Source of the DNA: an uncultured Clostridia bacterium
GTDB taxonomy: Bacteria; Bacillota; Clostridia; Lachnospirales; CAMVHY01
Assembly: GCA_947427385.1 (NCBI GenBank)
Contig: CANEHT010000005.1
Location: 3,347-67,346 of the forward strand
DNA: 64,000 nt
Reading direction: 5' to 3'
In this document: one piece after another, positions 60,099 through 64,000 of the stretch
How the letters are laid out: the number at the start of each line of letters is the position of its first letter
Numbering within the stretch: position 1 is the stretch's first letter
Position numbers and translations under genes: made by a program
Notes under the pieces: generated by a model
Seen by the model: the letters and a program-made list of their open reading frames with translations, nothing else
Database searches by the model: none
Told to the model about the DNA's origin: nothing

Positions 60099-60250
60099 TT
60101 ACTTTTATTGAAAGAAAAGTAAACAAAAGAACTTTAACAAAAAAATCTTTGTGTGAGAACCACGCAAAGATTTTTTATAAAGTTTTCATGAATCAGCTTC
60201 GAAGAAGCTACTTATTGATTCTTTTTTTACAAAAAAAGAACGGTTTTAAA
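60099..60250 (+). repeat. Copy B of the structured intergenic element. Its second hairpin plus T-run doubles as the terminator of the SLH protein gene.
   Basis: Hairpins TTACTTTT/AAAAGTAA and ATCTTTG/CAAAGAT(TTTTT), the palindrome CTTCGAAG, and T7-AC-A7. It aligns with the minus strand of 52707-52850. Confidence 0.8.
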
Positions 60251-60280
60251 AGCGATAAAATTTTTTATAAAAATTTAATT

Positions 60281-62065
60281 TTAATTTTGAAAGCAATACA
60301 ATTTTTTATTATTAAAATCATCGATATAAATAAGAGTTGCATTTTCTTTAACCCAATCATTTATTGCGTTATTTGCTTTAAATGCGTTATTCCCCATATA
60401 ATATTTCACTTGATTATTTTTAATCATTGTTTTTAATTTTTCAAGTGTAAGAGCTTGATCCGTTCCCTCAAATCCATTTGCTAATATAATATTCAAATCA
60501 GTATTTAAAATTAAATTAGCTGCGACATTACAATTTGAAATAATAAAAAAATATTTTTCATCACTCGCATTTTTTAATAAAAATTCTTTTAATGAAGAAT
60601 CATTTTTATGTTGGAAATTAAAATTTTTTCTATTAATTTCTGCTGTTGGCATAACAGAATTTAATTTTCCTAAAATCGGATAAAATGACCAAACAAATGG
60701 TGCTGTTATTAATGAAATTAAAATAGAAACAAATAAAATTTTTTTATGTAACAAAAACAATATAATTGATAAAATAAATTCTATCAACATAATTATAAAG
60801 AGCCAGTATTGCCCATTTTGTACAATAAAACATATTTGAATAAAAAATGTAACAATATATAAAAGTGGAACAAAAATATTTTGTAGCTTTTGCAAAATAT
60901 TTTTTAATATGTAACAAGTTGCTGCAAATAAACAAGAAATATTTGGCGCCATCATTGCTAAATAATATCTATGAAAAAATCCTGCAATACTAAAAAATAT
61001 TATCATCGGTAAAATACACATACCCCATAAAATAATTATTTTAATTTGCTCGTTAGTTAAAAACGGTAATTTTTTATAAAAAATTATCGCAACAATACTA
61101 AATAATGCCGGAATAAGTAACCATGAAATTTGTTCATACATGGATGCGCCAGTTAAATTAAATAATCTAAAAAATCCAGGCTCTCCTATTTCGTCAAAAC
61201 CTTTTGACCTTTTATTATCTTTATAACTTTCCATAAAATTTTTTTGAAATTCATCGTCAACTTTTGGTTTAAAGTCAAATTTATTTTTGTTCGCAATTTT
61301 TTTGCCAAATAATCTGTCAAAACCGTTGTGTCCAAATATTAAACTTATTACAGAATTATCACTGCCGCTTCCACCAATAAATGGCCGTGAATCTTTTGGT
61401 GTTAATTCAACAATTAATGTCCAACTGAATGATACAACAAACAATACAATTAATGAAATCAAAAACTTCCCGAAAATTTTTAAATTGAATTTATTTGTCA
61501 TGAAAAAGTAAACAAACAGCGCAGGAAGAATCATATATGCTTGAAACATTTTTACATTAAACGCCAAACCTAACATTATCATTGAGAGCATAAAACAATT
61601 TTTTATTGCAAAATAAATTGCGAGAGTCATAAATAACATTAATGTCATATCAAGATTATTTGTCCTGCTTACTGCTACCACAATTGGCGTAAAACAAAAT
61701 ACAATCTGAGAAATTATGCCGTATGTTTCACCAAATGCATTAGACATCATTTTATAAATCAAAAAACAAACCAACGCACTCAAAATTATTGATGGCAACA
61801 AAATTGCAAAAATATTCAAGCCAAAAATTTTTGCACTTATTGCCTGTAACCATAAACCAAGTGGTGGCTTATCAACTGTCAAAAAACCTGATGGATCAAA
61901 TGAAACAAAAAAGAAATTTTTAAAATTCATAAGCATACTTTTTACGGCGGCAGTGTAATATTCATTTGAAAAATTTTCTTTTGAAATAAAAGCTAAGTTC
62001 ATGCAAATATTTATAAAAATCATTAAGTACGGTAAAAATTTTCGATAATTATTTTTTTTATTCAT
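60281..62065 (-). CDS. Glycosyltransferase family 39 (ArnT/PMT-like, polyprenyl-phosphate-sugar dependent)
   Basis: The N-terminal loop motif DKPPLGLW, ~12 TM segments and a C-terminal soluble domain. Confidence 0.8.
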   Translation of the reverse strand: MNKKNNYRKFLPYLMIFINICMNLAFISKENFSNEYYTAAVKSMLMNFKNFFFVSFDPSGFLTVDKPPLGLWLQAISAKIFGLNIFAILLPSIILSALVCFLIYKMMSNAFGETYGIISQIVFCFTPIVVAVSRTNNLDMTLMLFMTLAIYFAIKNCFMLSMIMLGLAFNVKMFQAYMILPALFVYFFMTNKFNLKIFGKFLISLIVLFVVSFSWTLIVELTPKDSRPFIGGSGSDNSVISLIFGHNGFDRLFGKKIANKNKFDFKPKVDDEFQKNFMESYKDNKRSKGFDEIGEPGFFRLFNLTGASMYEQISWLLIPALFSIVAIIFYKKLPFLTNEQIKIIILWGMCILPMIIFFSIAGFFHRYYLAMMAPNISCLFAATCYILKNILQKLQNIFVPLLYIVTFFIQICFIVQNGQYWLFIIMLIEFILSIILFLLHKKILFVSILISLITAPFVWSFYPILGKLNSVMPTAEINRKNFNFQHKNDSSLKEFLLKNASDEKYFFIISNCNVAANLILNTDLNIILANGFEGTDQALTLEKLKTMIKNNQVKYYMGNNAFKANNAINDWVKENATLIYIDDFNNKKLYCFQN

Positions 62066-62131
62066 TTTGAATAATCACCCATATTAATTTTATAATATAT
62101 TTTTTCTGAAATCAATAAATTATACAAAATT

Positions 62132-62160
62132 AAATAAAAACTTCGCATAGGCGAAGTTTC
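62132..62160 (-). terminator. Rho-independent terminator after nifU/iscU
   Basis: On the minus strand: AAACTTCGC - CTAT - GCGAAGTTT followed by a T-rich run. Confidence 0.65.
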
Positions 62161-62177
62161 GTTAGTATAATTAAAAT

Positions 62178-62606
62178 TTATTTTTTCGTTTTCAATTTTT
62201 CCTTTAATTTATTAAATTCATCAGCTTTCATATTTTTTTGTGCATAATCTAAAATTGCAGCATGTAAAGCTTCCTCCGCTAAGCATGAACAATGAATTTT
62301 TACCGGTGGCAATCCATCCAATGCTTCCATCACAGCTTTATTTGTAATTTTAAGCGCGTCATAAATATTTTTACCTTTCACAAGTTCTGTGGCTATACTG
62401 CTCGTAGCAATTGCGGCGCCACAGCCAAAAGTTTTAAACTTTACATCTTCAATCACGTTATTTTTAACTTTCAAATATATTTTCATTATGTCGCCACATT
62501 TTGCATTTCCAACGGTTCCAACTCCATTTGCATCTTCCAATGAACCAACATTACGTGGATTCATAAAATGATCCATAACTTTTTCACTGTAAGCCATATT
62601 TATCAC
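62178..62606 (-). CDS. nifU: Fe-S cluster assembly scaffold protein (IscU/NifU N-terminal type)
   Basis: Three conserved Cys contexts (AKCGD, FGCGAAIA, HCS). Confidence 0.93.
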   Translation of the reverse strand: MINMAYSEKVMDHFMNPRNVGSLEDANGVGTVGNAKCGDIMKIYLKVKNNVIEDVKFKTFGCGAAIATSSIATELVKGKNIYDALKITNKAVMEALDGLPPVKIHCSCLAEEALHAAILDYAQKNMKADEFNKLKEKLKTKK

Positions 62607-63778
62607 CCCAAATTATTTTTTAGATATTCGTCATAAAGTGGCGACATATCCCGTAATCTTTTTATTATTTCAGGTAATTCTGTCAAAAACGAATCAACTT
62701 CTTTTGACGTATTATACTTGCCCAACGTAATTCTTAATGAACCATGTGCAATTTCATGCGGCAAACCTATTGCCAGTAGAACATGTGATGGGTCAAGTGA
62801 ACCAGACGTACAAGCTGAACCACTTGATGCAAAAAATCCTTTTGAATCCAACAGCAATAAAAGTGATTCGCCTTCAATAAATTCAAAAGAAATGTTTACG
62901 TTGTTTGGCAATCTTTTATAACGATGTCCATTCAATCGACAATGTGGAACATTTTTTAAAATATTCTCAATTAATTTGTCACGTAATTTCGTTAAAAAAA
63001 TATTATTCTCATCTAAATTTTTATACGCAATTTCAAGCGCTTTTGCCATTCCAATAATTCCCGGAACATTTTCCGTCCCGCCACGCTTTGAAAATTCCTG
63101 TGCACCACCGTCCATAAACGGCATAATTTTAACATTTTTGCGCAAATATAAAGCACCAATTCCTTTTGGGCCATAAAACTTATGTGCCGACAGCGACATT
63201 GCATCAATATTCATTTTTTCTACATCAATTGCAACGGAACCAACTGCTTGAACTGCATCTGTATGAAAAATAATATTGTGTTCGTGCGCAATTTTTCCGA
63301 TTTCCTCAATCGGTTGGATCGTTCCAATCTCATTGTTAGCAAATATAATTGAAATAAGAATTGTATCGTCGCAAATACTTTCCTTCAGCTTTTCCAAATC
63401 AATTAAACCATCTTTATCAACTGGCAAATATGTTACTCGAAAGCCTTGTGACTCAAGATATTTACAAGAATGTAAAACTGCATGATGTTCAATTGAACTT
63501 GTAATAATATGTTTACCCTTTTTTTGATACGCTTGCGCAATACATTTTAGTGCCCAATTATCAGATTCAGTGCCACCACTTGTAAAATAAATTTCATTTG
63601 GTTTCGCATTAAATATTGAAGCAATTGAACTACGTGCATTTTCAATAGCGATACGATTTTCCTGCGCCAATTTATAGATACTTGACGGATTACCATATGA
63701 ATCAGTCAAATAAGGTAGCATACTTTCCAAAACATTTTTATCAAGTTTAGTTGTCGCCGCATTATCAAAATAAACCAT
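62603..63778 (-). CDS. nifS: Cysteine desulfurase (NifS/IscS, class V aminotransferase)
   Basis: PLP lysine context SAHKFYGPKG and active-site loop SSGSACTS. Confidence 0.95.
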   Translation of the reverse strand: MVYFDNAATTKLDKNVLESMLPYLTDSYGNPSSIYKLAQENRIAIENARSSIASIFNAKPNEIYFTSGGTESDNWALKCIAQAYQKKGKHIITSSIEHHAVLHSCKYLESQGFRVTYLPVDKDGLIDLEKLKESICDDTILISIIFANNEIGTIQPIEEIGKIAHEHNIIFHTDAVQAVGSVAIDVEKMNIDAMSLSAHKFYGPKGIGALYLRKNVKIMPFMDGGAQEFSKRGGTENVPGIIGMAKALEIAYKNLDENNIFLTKLRDKLIENILKNVPHCRLNGHRYKRLPNNVNISFEFIEGESLLLLLDSKGFFASSGSACTSGSLDPSHVLLAIGLPHEIAHGSLRITLGKYNTSKEVDSFLTELPEIIKRLRDMSPLYDEYLKNNLG

Positions 63779-63790
63779 AATAATTCTCCT

Positions 63791-64000
63791 TTACTGCGAA
63801 ATTTTTTTATAATCATTTACTAAATCATTAAGCGTAATGGAATCAACTGCGCGCGATATATTGTCATAGATTCGCGCCCAAACATTTTTTGTAAAACAAT
63901 TATTACAATCGGCATCGTTACAATTTTTTACGGACTCTAAACAATTTACGGGATAAAGTGAGCCTTCTAATTTTCGTAAAACATCACCGACAGTTGTAAC
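63791..64000 (-). CDS. Rrf2-family transcriptional regulator (IscR/CymR-like), C-terminal part only; the gene continues beyond the window
   Basis: Manual translation gives ...GDVLRKLEGSLYPVNCLESVKNCNDADCNNCFTKNVWARIYDNISRAVDSITLNDLVNDYKKISQ*. It has the Rrf2 Cys cluster and the canonical position upstream of nifS-nifU. Confidence 0.8.
   Translation of the reverse strand, partial: VTTVGDVLRKLEGSLYPVNCLESVKNCNDADCNNCFTKNVWARIYDNISRAVDSITLNDLVNDYKKISQ

Noticed and set aside
62138-62159. The nifU terminator stem (AAACTTCGC/GCGAAGTTT) resembles hairpin 2 of repeat copy A (GAACTTCGC/GCGAAGTTC), so a third copy of the element was considered
   Set aside because: The similarity is limited to the 8-9-nt stem. 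The flanking sequence shows none of the shared blocks of the element, so this is probably coincidence.

Overview
This is 64 kb of a very AT-rich chromosome (roughly 30% GC by eye), apparently from an endospore-forming Firmicute of the Clostridia type. The sporulation markers present are dpaA/dpaB, gerM, yunB, ytfJ plus a DUF2953 gene, and an alpha/beta-type SASP. Most of the window is tightly packed core housekeeping. It includes ruvAB, a P-type Ca-ATPase, pepF, PFOR (nifJ), holA-comEC, ligA, pncB, pnp-rpsO, murB, putP, a shikimate/chorismate operon, the conserved asp23-nusB-xseAB-ispA-dxs-nadK block, rluD, rpmE and iscR-nifS-nifU. No rRNA, tRNA, CRISPR array, transposase or integrase could be supported. 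The accessory or unusual parts are listed below.

1. A type II restriction-modification pair (Dam-class methyltransferase plus HNH nuclease) is cut by the left edge of the window.
2. A decayed gene for a eukaryote-like two-repeat Myb protein sits next to an orphan GspF/PilC platform gene.
3. A MacB-type ABC module is linked to a large repeat-rich surface protein.
4. An AT-richer orphan cassette lies downstream of ligA (815 aa plus a 298-aa two-TM protein). Its two ORFs are separated exactly at an (AAAT)4 tract, and losing one unit would fuse them into one protein of about 1150 aa. This is the best candidate for an undescribed system, though its function is unknown.
5. The aro operon retains only a ~115-nt ghost of aroA. 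It is preceded by a promoter, a small Phe/Tyr-rich ORF and a strong terminator, which looks like an attenuator.
6. Two inverted copies of a ~145-150-nt intergenic element each carry two hairpins with compensatory changes.
7. An SLH-anchored protein with Gly-rich tandem repeats lies next to a GT39 glycosyltransferase.

All calls rest on motif recognition in the supplied translations and on manual reading of the DNA. No database search was run.
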